Source of the DNA: Euglena gracilis
Lineage: Eukaryota
Assembly: GCA_039621445.1 (NCBI GenBank)
Contig: CP154954.1
Span: 5,805,919 to 5,869,918, forward strand
Direction: 5' to 3'
DNA length: 64,000 nt
Of this stretch, positions 37,290 through 49,204 are shown one piece after another; positions within the stretch are counted from its first letter, which is position 1, and every line of letters begins with the position of its first letter. The translations under genes and the position numbers were made by a program. The notes under the pieces were generated by a model. That model was not told the DNA's origin, did no database searches, and was given only the letters and a program-made list of their open reading frames with translations.

Positions 37290-38608
37290 GAAGCACCAAA
37301 CACCCGAAACGGAATACCAAAAGCCGAGAACGCTCTCCGGACGTCCACCATGGAGGTGCAGAAGTCACACACAATCGAAGGGGGGTTGAACCCCTGTGAG
37401 GGTCCTCAAGCCAAGTGCCAGCCAGGTCCACCATACAACCTCTTGAAGCGCACATACTGACCCGAGCCTGGTGCTGTAGGAAACGAAGGGCCCGTCCACC
37501 CAATCCAGATCTCAACGACCAATCAGAATTGTGGTGATCGAGAACAGGATTACAAATCGCCTGTGCACCAGCAGCATGTCGAGATCTTTTCGCCAAGCTC
37601 ACCCCTCTTACCTGTCCCCGCACCTCTCACGGACTCTTTCTTCTGTATTTAGCCTCACTCCCCTGAACTCGTCAAATCCAGTATGCTGTGCCACTGGTCA
37701 GTGGACTCGGTTCGCCCCACCACCGTTGTCAAAATGCTGCTGTCTCTTTTGCACACAATGTCCGTATTTTGGCATTGACAGCTTTACAGTTGCTCAAGTT
37801 TGACGATTGTGTATTACGCCTGTGGCTGTGAACTATCTGCGCCGTCGACTTGGTCTATCACGTCAGTCCATACTTTACAACCATTTCTGAGAGTTAGCCT
37901 ACCAGTGGGAGGAGTCGGGGGTATTCCCCGTCACACTTGGCTTCCGTTTGGCCTCGTCACTGCCTGCAACTCCGGTCTCCGGCAGTGCCAGCTGCCACAC
38001 CAGTTTTCACTGTGGAGTTATGTTTTCTCTACTGGTGCCAATGGCTGTGCTGTGGTTGGCCCTGGCCCCCCCATGGTCCACGACGGTCATACACCGGTGG
38101 CCTGGGGATGTGCGCCTGGACGGGCCTTTTACTGGACCACTACTCCTACATGGTCATCCACCACAGCTGTAGCAGTAAATGTCAGTGGCCTACGTATTTT
38201 TTGTTTTGTGCATTGTGCTGTGTTCTTTTTCCAGTGTTGTAAAACCCCGTTCATACATGGGGGGCCGTGGTCCTGCCACAAACCCTCCCCATTGGGCAGT
38301 GGGGAACCACAGGAACACTGGCTCTACTTTTTATCTTCTTCCCATCTGCCCCGCCCAATTTCTCCAGATTTGGGACCCTCCAACTCTGAGAGGGGTGTGG
38401 CCACAAACAAAGACCTGCATCTGTGGTAGATGCTCCCATTGTGGGACAAGGCTCTCAGAAAACTAAATGCCCCACTCCTGCCACCCATGCAGGGAAACGC
38501 GGTTTTGGAACCCCCCTGGCGACTTCCCACAGACTTCCGGACGGTTCGGTGGGGTGCGGACACTGTTGCTCGCAACCTGCTTTTCTCGGAAGAGACACCA
38601 AACCCTGG

Positions 38609-39041
38609 TGTGTACCAGGCAGCCATTCTGCCATGGCACTGTGTACCAGCTTCAATGGGCTACGGCCTACAATTTGGCTACGGCCGGGCTGTACACAGTG
38701 ACATGGTTAAACCATAAGACAAAGAGAGAATCTCAGAGCTAGCGAAAGCTTAGCGAAAGTAACTGGTTCCTAATTCAAAGGTTACAGGGTTTGGTGCTTT
38801 GCAATTCTTTTTTAGAATTCTGAGGGCGAAGTCCCATTTGAATAGAAGTTTTAGTTCTTTCTTTTACAAAGCTCGAAAGAGCAAATATCACTTTCATATA
38901 ATGGATTGCGGTCCCAACATTTTTATTTGCCTTTGTGCTTTGCAATCAAAAGGGGAAAGGGAAACAAATGTTACTGTTACTCCCCCCTCGCGCTTTTCAG
39001 GAAGAAACCTTAAGTCGAAAAGCCGGGGTGGGACGTACACT
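38609..39041 (+). repeat. 5' LTR of a further, diverged family member F
   Basis: Starts TGTGTACCAGGC, ends GGACGTACACT, followed by PBS TGGTAGCAGAG (39042); interior diverged from C and D LTRs. Confidence 0.8.
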
Positions 39042-39262
39042 TGGTAGCAGAGTAGGTTTAACGGTCGAACGACCAAACAAAAACTCAGAAAAAGGTTTCT
39101 AAGCACGGGCGAGGTGTCTCAGTGGCACAAGTGGCTACGGCTGCATCACAAAGCCTGTGAGCCCCCACCTTTGCTTACCTTTTTGGGTCTGTTCACACAA
39201 AGTTTTGTTATTTTTACAGTTTTTACGATTTTCACAAAAAATTTCCCAACTTTTCATCAAAA

Positions 39263-39430
39263 ATGCAAAGCGCAAATGCGAACAATGGAAACGCACCTAT
39301 TAACTGTGATTTGTTAATAGGTTCGCATCGTGGACTGCAGAATGCAGACGAAGTCGCTACGGCGACAGAAAAATTTTCCTTACAAGGGACGAATGCCCAA
39401 GTTGCTTTAGCGACACAAAATTTTTATTCA
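39263..39430 (+). pseudogene. gag: Start of gag of F (MQSANANN...), truncated
   Basis: Same leader context (T-rich, CATCAAAA ATG CAA AGC) and MQS start as B, C and D gag. Confidence 0.55.
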
Positions 39431-39760
39431 CAAGGGGGGGATGCCCAAGCCGCTTCTGCGGTGGGTTTTTTCCGTACAAGGGGCGGACGCCCTAGCCGCT
39501 TCGGCGGTACCCCCCCCCACAACTGGGTTTTCGAACCCAAACCGCATTAGGGGTGCCCCCCCCCTACAACAAGCCGCTTCGGCGGTGCCCCCCCCCCCTC
39601 CAAGGGTCTTTGGACCCAAGCCGCGTCGGCGGTGACCCCCCCCTCCAAGGGTCTTCGGACCCAAGCCGCTTTGGCAGTGCCCCCCCCCCCCCCCGCTCCA
39701 AGGGTCTTCGGACCCAAGCCGCTTCGGCGGTCCCCCCCCCAAGGGTCTTCGGACCCAGGC
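39431..39760. repeat. Minisatellite, about 8 units of ~40-50 bp (CAAGGGTCTTCGGACCCAAGCCGCTTCGGCGGT-polyC)
   Basis: Directly visible tandem units, degenerate on the left and homogeneous on the right. Confidence 0.9.
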
Positions 39761-42700
39761 TGTAGTTTAGCCTTAGGCTTTCTGCCTTTCTCTTTCCGCT
39801 GTGGCGGAGGGGGCGTTCTGCAGGCGATTTTGGAGCAGGTTTGGCAGTTGGTGCGGTGGTATGTGGTACGTCAGGAGCTGTTGGTACCACCCGTTCAGGT
39901 GTGTGTACCACTACGGGTGTTGTCACCACTTCGGGTGTTTGGACGTCAGAAGCAGAACCAGCAGCGTCTGCTGTCAGTGCTGTGGTGGAAGCCGTAGCTT
40001 CTTGTGTGGGTTCTTCGCCAAGTCCCGTGTCACGGGGACTTCGCGTTGAAGAGGAAGACCTCGATCGCCCCATTGCAACCATCGGGGCTACGCCACTCCG
40101 GACGCTTCCGAGGACACGTTCTGCAGCGCGTCCGACTTGTGGTGGTATGAGTATGAAGTCGTCTGGATCTGGATATCCACGGCTGTGAATACCGAGTGGG
40201 TATTCTCGACGTATTTGTTCACGCTCTGCACGTAGTGCTTCCATTTCTTCGTCAGTGATTGCTCGGTCACCTTCCGCACGTGCGGAGGTGAGTGGAAGCG
40301 TGTCTGACGAAGGCACTGCGGCCATTGTAGAGTCTACAGACACTTCGGCCATCGTAGGTGCTGTAGGCTCTTCGGCCACTGGAAGTTCTGTAAGTGCGTT
40401 GGGTTCCACGTCTGGTAATGGTGTTTGTGGTCTTGTCTGAGCAGGCATTGTAGCTGGCGTTTCGGCCCTTAGAGAATTTTGTACGTCGGCATCTCCGGGT
40501 TCAGACTCCACGGATGCGGAGGAGGCGGAGCGTGTACTGTGTTCATTGTCTGTACCTTCCTCCATTTCCTCATCGCTGGATGACGCAGAAGAGGAAACGG
40601 ACGAAGAGTCTTAAGAGTGTACGGGAGTGTGTTCCACAGACATTGTAGGTGTAGGTGGAGGTTGTGTCAAACGTTCTTCCGAACGTTTGGTTGCAGGATT
40701 CGCTGCTGCTTTGGCTGTTGTCGTTGTACATGATGCAGCCGTTGGAGGTTGTTCAACCGTAGACTGCGCTGCCTCGGACTCCGCCGGCTGTGGTTCAGGG
40801 AGTTTTATACGTGGTCGCACACGGAAGTTTTGCCATCCGACAAATTTGTTTCCTCCCGATCCGCGAGGAAGCCAGTCCAGTATTGGGATGGCCAACCTAT
40901 CCTTATTTGTACGTTTGCCCTTGAAAAATGGGGCAAAGTCCTCTCTTCGGAGGGTTTCGCCAAACAGGCGTTTGATATACTTCCGTTTTCCGTCTTCGTC
41001 CATGCAGGTCGAAGAGGGAGGTATTCTTGTGGGAGTGGTTGTTTCGGGTTGAATAAATTGTAGATTTCCAGAGCATAGCATACCCATGCTCTCCATTGGA
41101 ACGTCTGCATGTGCAGAAGCATTTGTCGGTGGTTTCGTCTGGCGTATCCGATTTCCCTGACTTAGAGGGGATTGTGGCAAATGTGTCCGAGTAGTCTTCG
41201 TTGTTGTTGGGCTTCCGCCAATTCTCGTTGGTGGGGCTGCACCCTTGGTGCGTTTGGGCGGTCGGTTGTCACACCGCGTACCCCAAAGCCCCAGAAGTCC
41301 ACGGGGAACTTGTGGAGGCAGTGGGTGCACCAAACGACGAATCTTTGTGGGTATGTCAGGTCGATTCCGACCACTTGGAAGTGGGGGCCATAGTGTTCGT
41401 TGAAGAAAATTTGTTAGTTGTAACAGAACATTTCGTGTGTCACCAGTTGTATTTCCTTTGCAAGTGGGAATACTTCCCATTGTATGCCGTGTGGTCCGAT
41501 TTCGCGGATGTTGTCGAACATTGTCTTCAGTGTGTCAAGGGATGACTCCCATCCGTATTGTAGTTTTGGATGTGGCAAGTAGTGTGCCTTGCTCGCGGGC
41601 ATTGGAAATGAAACGAAGTTCAAGCAATGGAATCCGAGACAGGAAAGTGGTTGCCAGAAACCCGGCAATTTGTCGATGCAATCCTGGCTTTCGTAACACG
41701 AAATTGTACCATCGAAGAAAAAGCCACGGGCTTTTTCCTTGTAGAGTTTGACCATGTGGTGATGTACTTCAGGAGCTACAAACCAAGGGTGTTGTTCCTC
41801 ATAGTACTGGTGCAAAATTTTATCACATCCGTCTGAGATGCAGAACAGATGGTCAACCATGAATTGTACGTCCAGGTCGTAACGCGGTTGTGAGCCTTCG
41901 CTCTTTCCTTTGCCTTTCTGGCCTTTCTGTCCTTTTGCGGCTTCGCGCTCTTGTTCATTCCAACGGTATGCACCATCTTTTCGGAATGCTCGTGTTTTTC
42001 TTCACATTGTAACGGTTACACCAGCGGTGTAATGTCCAGCAATGTCATGGGATGGTTTGTCTGGATGCATTTGGTGATATATTTCGTATAAAGATCGTTG
42101 TACGTTGGGCGGGATCGGCAGTCATCGCTTTCCTGACGATCACGTTGCACCTGCACGCTTTGTGGCTCGTCGTCCAAACGACGACGTTGTGTGTCTGGCG
42201 TTGGACGTGTTTGTGGTGGTGTTGCAAACTCCGGTCCACGCGGACGTTTGCGCGCGTCAACGTTGTATGGTTTTGCTGGGGCGGTCAAATGTTGTAGAGC
42301 TTCCTTGTAGGTGGCGCGTTGTGCTGGCGACTCAAACCTGGGTTGACCCGAGAAAGGTTGTCCCGGTTCAACAGGTGGTTGTGTCTGTCCAGCCGAAGCC
42401 GGTGGTGAAGGTGTCGTAACAGGAGGTGCTCGAACAGGAATTGTAGTTTTTGCGTGTGATTTTGTACGTGCCGACCGCGCGGCTTGAGCAGGGGGTCCTG
42501 TTCTTTGTATAGGTACAGGTTGGTTTGAACCTGCTGCTGATGCGGCAGGCTGAATAGATGTTGATTGTGCAGTCGAAACTGCTTGTACAGGCTTTGTTTG
42601 TGGTGCCGGAGTAGGTTGAGCTACCAGCGGCACAAGGTGCGACACCGAAGCGAGTTGTTCCATTGGACCAGGTTGATGTGGTGGTGCATTCACACGCAAA

Positions 42701-44018
42701 ACTTCGGGTAGTGCCCAGGTGGGTATACCGAAAATTTTGGAGTTTGGACCAATGCCATCCATTATCACTCCCTTTACGTTGATGGCTCCCAAATGGGATC
42801 CAAGTTCGTAAATTTTGTCACGGGGAAGGTATTGTTCGCCTTTGTTTGTGTAAGCGAAATCCAGAGATTGTGGCACTCGTTCATAGTGAATATTGTCCTC
42901 TCCGGGACGCAGGGGGTTTTCTTCGACAACCCGTATCGCTGTCGGTTCCAGCAGCGGTACGGCGGGGGTTGTCGGTGGTTGTGGTTGAGATTGTACAGAT
43001 GGTTGAGTTTGTACGGGTTGTGGTGGTTGGGGTGCTTGAGGTGGTTCGTCTGTTTCCATGGTATACTGCGGCTCAGGGTCTGCCGTTGAATACTCGTCGT
43101 AAGGCTCTTCGGCCATGTTGTCGGTATAATTTTCATCGTATGGCTCTTCGGCCTCCATAGCGTACTGTGATGGCATACTAGCCTCCCAGTTCCGTGCAGG
43201 CGGCATGCGTGGGGGAGAAGAAAAACGTTGTTGTGGTAAGTATACTGGTTCTTGCATTTGGACTTCACCCATCTCACTTTCTGTGAGTCCAGGAGTATAG
43301 CGGCGCACGTGTTCCACGTAAGCACCCACAGGATGCACTCCGCGGAGCACAGGTGGGACCAGGACTCCCAGATCCCGGAGAGTTACATTGTCTGGAAATA
43401 CGGATTCTCCGGGTTGGAATAAGATTCTACCTGCTATCGTCCTCTGGGACCACATGTCTCAGGTGGCGATAGGTTTGTTGGCGATTGCAAGCAGTTGTCG
43501 GCAGTACGAATCCCACATCACTCGGATGAAGGGATCCGGTCTGTCCTCTGTGCACATGCGCAGAGCGTTACGAATTGTATCTGTTGATGCCGTTGTCAGT
43601 TCGCCCATGTACTTGGGGAACCGAGGCATCACAAGACCGCCGCAAAAGCAGCGCGTTGGCTACTGCTACTTGCCAGATCGTATCTCCTTGGGGGCCGCGG
43701 TTGCGGCACCGCAAACTGTTCATAGGCAGATTCCGTTTGTTGTGGAACCATTGTTTGAGATTGTAAGCCACCAAGTGTAGTTTGTTCTGGAGCAACATGC
43801 AGAACCGCATGTTGAGTCACAGGGGAATTTGCCACTACGGGCCTTGCTGCCGAAGCAGCTTGTACATGCCGAACGGGGACTTGCCCTCCACGAGGGAGTG
43901 CAAGTCCTCGTCCTCCCGAAGGAGGTTGTGGGTGAGGGGGTCCTCCCGTACGAGGTTGTCCAGGGGGAACATACGGTTGGGAGGATGGGGGACCAGGTCC
44001 CTTTCCTCCAGTGTCCAT
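39761..44018 (-). pseudogene. ORF3 of E (divergent; C-terminal Cys domain missing)
   Basis: ATG 44018 MDTGGKGPGP; DKLPGFWQPLSCLGFHCLNF, GPHGIQWEVFPL and LTYPQRFVVWCTHCLHKFPVDFWGFGVRG match the B, C and D core. Confidence 0.82.
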
Positions 44019-44337
44019 CTTAAAAAAGAGCAGATAGTAGCAAGTGCTGAGCTGTGGGGAAACAGAGAAATAAGGCATTGTACGGTGACATTGGACGCAT
44101 GCGAGCATATGTGTGCACACACAAAATTTTTGTATGTTTGCACAAATTGTAAAATCAAAATGGTAGCACCAAGTGTAAAAATGTATCGCTCAAAACCATA
44201 GTCATTTGACGAAAAGTCCTTCGGTAGGGACAAAATGGTTTGGCATCCGCCCGTTGTTTATTTTGGCAGCCGCCCATTATACGTTTTGTCGAAAGTCCAC
44301 GCTATGACAACTCTTGGACATCTTTGTACATCCTCTC

Positions 44338-44635
44338 TTAGAAGGTATTCACAGAAATGTCTATGTTATTTCGTTTGTTCCATAATTACCAGTCCTGTTG
44401 GATATAACCAACAAAACTAGTTGCAGGTTCCCAATTGTCCTCTTCGGGACCATAGCCTTTCCACCTCACCTTCCAGTAATGTATACCCCTGTCTACTTTG
44501 TGGTTGAGGTATGTCAACGACAAAGTCATCTGTTTCAGGCAGTTTTGACCGTGGTTTGAAGTGAAAGGCAGGGTATTTGCTTTTCCGTTTGGTGGAGTCC
44601 GGTATGGTTTGAAGTCATCCGTGTGCACATCCTCG
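44338..44635 (-). pseudogene. pol: Integrase C-terminus and chromodomain of E
   Basis: [38 protein letters not shown]. Confidence 0.9.
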
Positions 44636-44952
44636 AGTGTACGTCTGATTCAAAATTCCCCTTTCCCAATTCCCAAAAAGCCTTCGCTTTCGCCTTGGCG
44701 CACCTACTTGGGAACTGAAAATCAGAGTAATAGAAAATCCCTTTTTCCCACTTCCCAAGAAGCAAAGCACAGAGCAATGCAGGGAGGACGGACTGGATAT
44801 CCAAGTCCGGTCCAGAGAAAAGGAAGGACAAAGGGAAAAACAGAATACCACCTGTGGAGAGAGAAGAAGCACCCATTAGGAGATCCTAATAGGATCTGCT
44901 TCCATCCTAACTTCCTCATAGGAAGGGGAGAGAAGCATACGCCTGGTACACA
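44636..44952 (-). repeat. 3' LTR of D; PPT (GGGAGGAAGA on - strand) at 44953-44962
   Basis: Direct repeat of 62522-62837, roughly 15 differences by eye. Confidence 0.95.
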
Positions 44953-47531
44953 TCTTCCTCCCAGGGCTTTGCCCGATTTCCCCTTTGGACCAGGCATTCT
45001 GGCCACAGGGATTTCGGACACAGACCTGGTCTGTGGGAGGTGCACCCTGGCGCATCCACGGGGGCCCTTTCCGTCGCACAGGGGTCCACTCAAAGGGAGG
45101 GGGGGGGGAAAGGAGGGGACCCAAAATGCCAAAAACGCGCAAAATGGTTTCACCTATTCTGCGGTGGCTTATGGGTATATAGTATATTATAGCCCACTGG
45201 GGAAAATGGGGCTGGCAGGTTTCCTTGCCAAGCAAACCCATCCACCCAGTTTGGGTGTGCCCAAGGCACTTGGGGTTGGGTCCATGGGCATTCCAGGAAA
45301 ACCTATGGGGAGGGTGTGGAAGGAGAGGGCCTCTGACCAGTCAAACCTGGGCAGGGCGCATGGCCAGTCAAACCTGACCACGCAAAAGGAAATCCTACTA
45401 TACGAAACCAACTGCCGGGGACAGCATTTGCCCCGGGGGGAGAGTAGAGAGGAGTGGGGGGTTGGCTTAGGCCAGAAAAGTTGTGCTGTCTGGCAGCCTT
45501 ATGGCCTCAAACGGCCGAGAAGAAAATAAAGGGAAAGGAAAGAGGCCGTCGGCCCTGTGCGCTGCGTGTAGCACGCCCGCGAGAGGGGAGGGGAGAGGGG
45601 TGTGCATGCATGCGCACGGAATCCTGCACATGGCAGCATCCCGGTGGGAACTTACTAGCGGCGAATACCGCAAAGGGTCTTCGAAGGGGTTGTTCGGGCG
45701 AATACCCAAAAAGGGTGTCAGGCGAATACCTGACGAGGGTTCTGAAAGCCGCCGCATTGGCGCTCACAGACACCTCACCTGCCTTTATCGGCTGGACGTT
45801 CGCGCACCTCACGCCAGTAGTCGTGTTGGGGGTCCCCTAATGGGTCCTCAACCAACTCCAGTTGGCGTGTGGAACGCGGCGTAGCTGATTCACTCCGAAT
45901 GGTGTTGAGCTCCGGATCGTTGGCACCAAAGGAAGGGGTCTCCCAGTCCTTGATCCAATTATCCGGCAGCTTCTCCCTGGTACGTTCAGCATGATGCTGA
46001 AGATACCGTTGGAGCTGCTCCCAGAAAATTGTGGGCAGCATCACCGGCCAGATGATGTAATTCATCTGGGGGTGATTCGCAGGCACCTGCGGGGGCATCC
46101 CCGGGGTCTGCTTGAAGTTGATGTCATGTATCCACCTCGCTGTCCGAGCTCTTGCGGTATGGCGCCGTAATACAGCCGCCAACCAACCTCTGAAGTCCAC
46201 CAAATCGTGTTCTTCAGGAGGCCACAGTGGCAAGGCGTATCCGCCATGCTGACGCTTGGAGAACAGGGGGTAAACCTGTGTCTCCCAGTCGCCATCGGTT
46301 CAGAGGTAAGGCATTCTTACCTTGGCGTGTTCCTCGACGGCGAGGCGCATTGCCCCAGCGTTGATCTGGAACTCACGGGCCATTCCCGTGTGGCGGTAGC
46401 TTTCTACCTTGCGGAAGTCGGAGTGCTTCAGGCGGCCTTCCACCTGTTCGTACTCCTTCTTCCACTTCTCCATTGTCTCCCAGTGGTGGGGGACAATGGT
46501 GGTGACTGCTGCATCAGCAGTCTGCACGAACTTGGCCCCTATACAGTTGATGCACAAGGCAGGGATATCCCTGTCGTGAGCATTCTCACTGTAGGAGTAG
46601 TTCAAGCTGTGCTTCGAGGCGCTCAGGCACTCGCCACATACGAGCGCCACACAGTTCGGCACATATGCCCTGTGATGGAACCACGAGGATTGCACCTGCC
46701 GCTTGCACACATGCACAAGCGGTTGGTTGTGCCGCACATGGTGGCACACGGTGCACGTCCAGGCAAAGGACGTGCCGTGCTGGAAATCCAACACGCAGTC
46801 CTCACAAAGTACTGTTCCAGTACTCTGGGTGAGCGCCTATTCCAGAATGTCCAGGTATGTTCCGGGACATAGTGGAAAGGTTCTCCTCGGACGAAGAGGG
46901 GCTGAATCCATCGATTCAGTGACCCTTTCTGGTGCCTAATAGCAGCCAGTTTCTTCGTCCTCTCTTCCACGGTGCCTAGTCTGGTCAGGATATCCTGAGT
47001 CCAGAGCTGGGCATCCGCAGACACAGGAGGTGAAGCAGGTTCGTCCTGCTCCTCATCCGTCGATCCGGCGGAAGACTGGGCCTGTCGACCACGAGCCTTA
47101 CCTTTCGGTTTGCTCTGGCCGTACCCGGACGATGCAACGGCCGAATAGTCGTGCATTGTCGTAGGGCCTTTCGGCTGTCATCCAGTCTGACCTCCAGCGC
47201 CACCTTTCGGTGGTGGTTTCCCATCACCGCCTTTGGCAGGGGTCTTACAGGGTGCAGCACCCGGTTTGCCTCCTTTCGGCTTCGCACTCCCGGAATCAGG
47301 AGGCGATGCCTGCGGCTTACTCCTGGTATCAGGAGCCGATGGTGACGGAGTAGACGCTTGCCGTCTGGGCGAAGCGGGCATGATGGCCGCTGCGTCACGC
47401 GTGACGCTCCGAGGAGTGGGCACTCGTTCCTGGGGTTGTTCAGTCTGCTGCCGCCGAGCAGGTTCATCCCGTCCGACGGGGCGTGGCACTGTGGTCGTTA
47501 CCGGAATCGGTGCTTCCACAGGTGCTGATAC

Positions 47532-49204
47532 TGTGTGCGGCGCCAGGTTTAAAATTTAAAAACCCAAAATTGAATTAGGAGGCGCCTATCCTAATTACAA
47601 AATCTCTATTTTTGCAGCTGCAACTGTCCTGAACTCTTTGACTCAAGGAAGGCCTGAACGCCAGATGAAGATTTCAAGTCTTGGTTTGTGCTATGCTGAA
47701 GGAAAGTGAGTGCTGCTGGAAAGGAAAAGTTTTCAAGTTTGACCCCCAGTGGGTACAAGGAGAAACTCAGAAAACACAAAGAGTTCAATTGTTGCTCAAG
47801 GCCTGGAGGCCAAAAGTCAGCCAGTTTGGCCAGAAGAAATGGACATTTCAGAAAGTGTCAAGTCAGGGATTGTCAATGATGAAAAAATCTGGGAAAATCA
47901 ATGCTGCAGAAAACTTGGCTGGAAATCTGAGCTGTATGCAGTAAAATTTCAGTATGTTGTTGAAATCATTGACAGATTGTAATTGAAGACCCCCAACATT
48001 GATGCATTCAGTTTGGAAGAAAGCAAGATATTCAAATGCTGGTGGGGACCTGGGTCACAATTTGTGGAAGATTCCTTCACAGTGAAGTGGACACATTCCA
48101 TTGTTGGATTGTTGTGGTCAAGTCCCCCCTTCAGCCTCATTGCAAATGTCATCCGCAAGCTGAAGAAGGATCATGGTCATGCGGTGTTGGTTGTCCCAAA
48201 GTGGGTTACTGCCCCCTGGTGGGAAGATCTTCAAGACATTGTTGTCAGAATGCTGGAGTATCCTTGTGCCACGCCGTTGTTTGAGTTGGTTGGGGCAGGG
48301 TTCACAGTCCCCCCCACAAAATGGCCAGTACAAGTGGCATTTGTCTGTGGAAGGATAAGTCAATGTTTCAAATTGGCAAAAGTTCTCAATCCAATTTCAA
48401 GTTCAGCAAAAAGGAGAATGAGGAGGCAAAAGATGAAAAGAGGGTCCTCCCCACAAGTGCACCTTAGGCTCCAGGTCGGCACAGGGGACAGCCCAAATTT
48501 CAGTGATTCAAGTGGTGAAGTCTCTTTGCAATGATTGTGTGTTCAATCTGAGCCCCCTCCTTGCGAAGTGGGCTTTGAGTTTGTGCTGGCCAGTGGCCCA
48601 GGCCCAGGGCCCAGGTGGGAGAACCGCTACAAGGGGGCCTACCCACAGGCCCTGGGACTCCCCCTGGCAGCCCCCCACTGGCCCTCTCATCCCAGGAGTG
48701 CCCTGGGGAAGGTTGGGAGGGGGACCAACCTTTCCCAGGGTGCCCCAAGGGCTCTGGGGTGGGCTGGTGGCCCTGTGGCCCCCCTACTTGTGCTGGACAT
48801 TGTTGGACTAAATCCCTGTCAGCTGTATTATATCCCTGACTCAGCGTTCAAAAATTTAAAAAAAACAAATTTCAGCCGCCCCCCCCCCCCAAAAAAAAGG
48901 CCAATTTTGGCGCCGCAAAAAATTGCCGAAGGCAGTGGGCACGAAGTGTCCAGAGAGGGGTGTGTGGGCGGCGCCAGGTTTAAAATTTAAAAACCCAAAA
49001 TTGAATTGGGAGGCGCCTATCCTAATTACAAAATTTCTGTTTTTGCAGCTGCAACTGTCCTGAACTCTTTGACTCAAGGAAGGCCTGAGCGCATGAAGAT
49101 TTCAAGTCTTGGTTTGTGCTATGCTGAAGGAAAGTGAGTGCTGCTGGAAAGGAAAAGTTTTCAAGTTTGACCACCAGTGGGTACAAGGAGACACTCAGAA
49201 AACA
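47532..49204 (+). mobile_element. Non-autonomous LTR-like mini-element G (TRIM-like, 1.67 kb) carrying a methyltransferase-like ORF
   Basis: ~245-bp direct repeats 47532-47776 and ~48963-49204 (TGTG...AACA); 4-bp TSD ATAC at 47528-47531 and 49205-49208; purine run AGAGAGGGG before the right repeat; empty site visible in B at ~6670. Confidence 0.88.
47749..48534 (+). pseudogene. Dam-like DNA amino-methyltransferase domain (one in-frame TAA at 47980-47982)
   Basis: ELYAVKFQYVVEII..PNIDAFS..WWGPGSQFVEDSFTVKW..LLWSSPPFSLIANVIRKLKKDHGHAVLVVPKWVTAPWW, with a motif IV-like SPPF. Confidence 0.78.

Noticed and set aside
37800-38429. 209-aa ORF as a host gene
   Set aside because: Non-ATG start, atypical composition, no recognisable motif
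39431-39760. CRISPR array
   Set aside because: No unique spacers (only poly-C length varies), no cas genes, eukaryotic retrotransposon context
39564-39760. ORF 39564-40565 tail as the real C-terminus of E ORF3
   Set aside because: The frame simply runs on into the minisatellite; the conserved C-terminal Cys domain is absent
44161-44180. PBS/LTR-end-like TACACTTGGTGCTACCA (- strand) in E's pol-ORF3 spacer
   Set aside because: Short, seen in one copy only, with no adjacent LTR; likely chance
44561-45529. 322-aa plus-strand ORF
   Set aside because: Antisense across D's LTR and 3' UTR and E's integrase; spans an insertion junction, so it is a chance frame
47532-49204. G as a DIRS element
   Set aside because: It has a TSD, simple direct repeats with TG...CA ends and no tyrosine recombinase; DIRS elements typically leave no TSD
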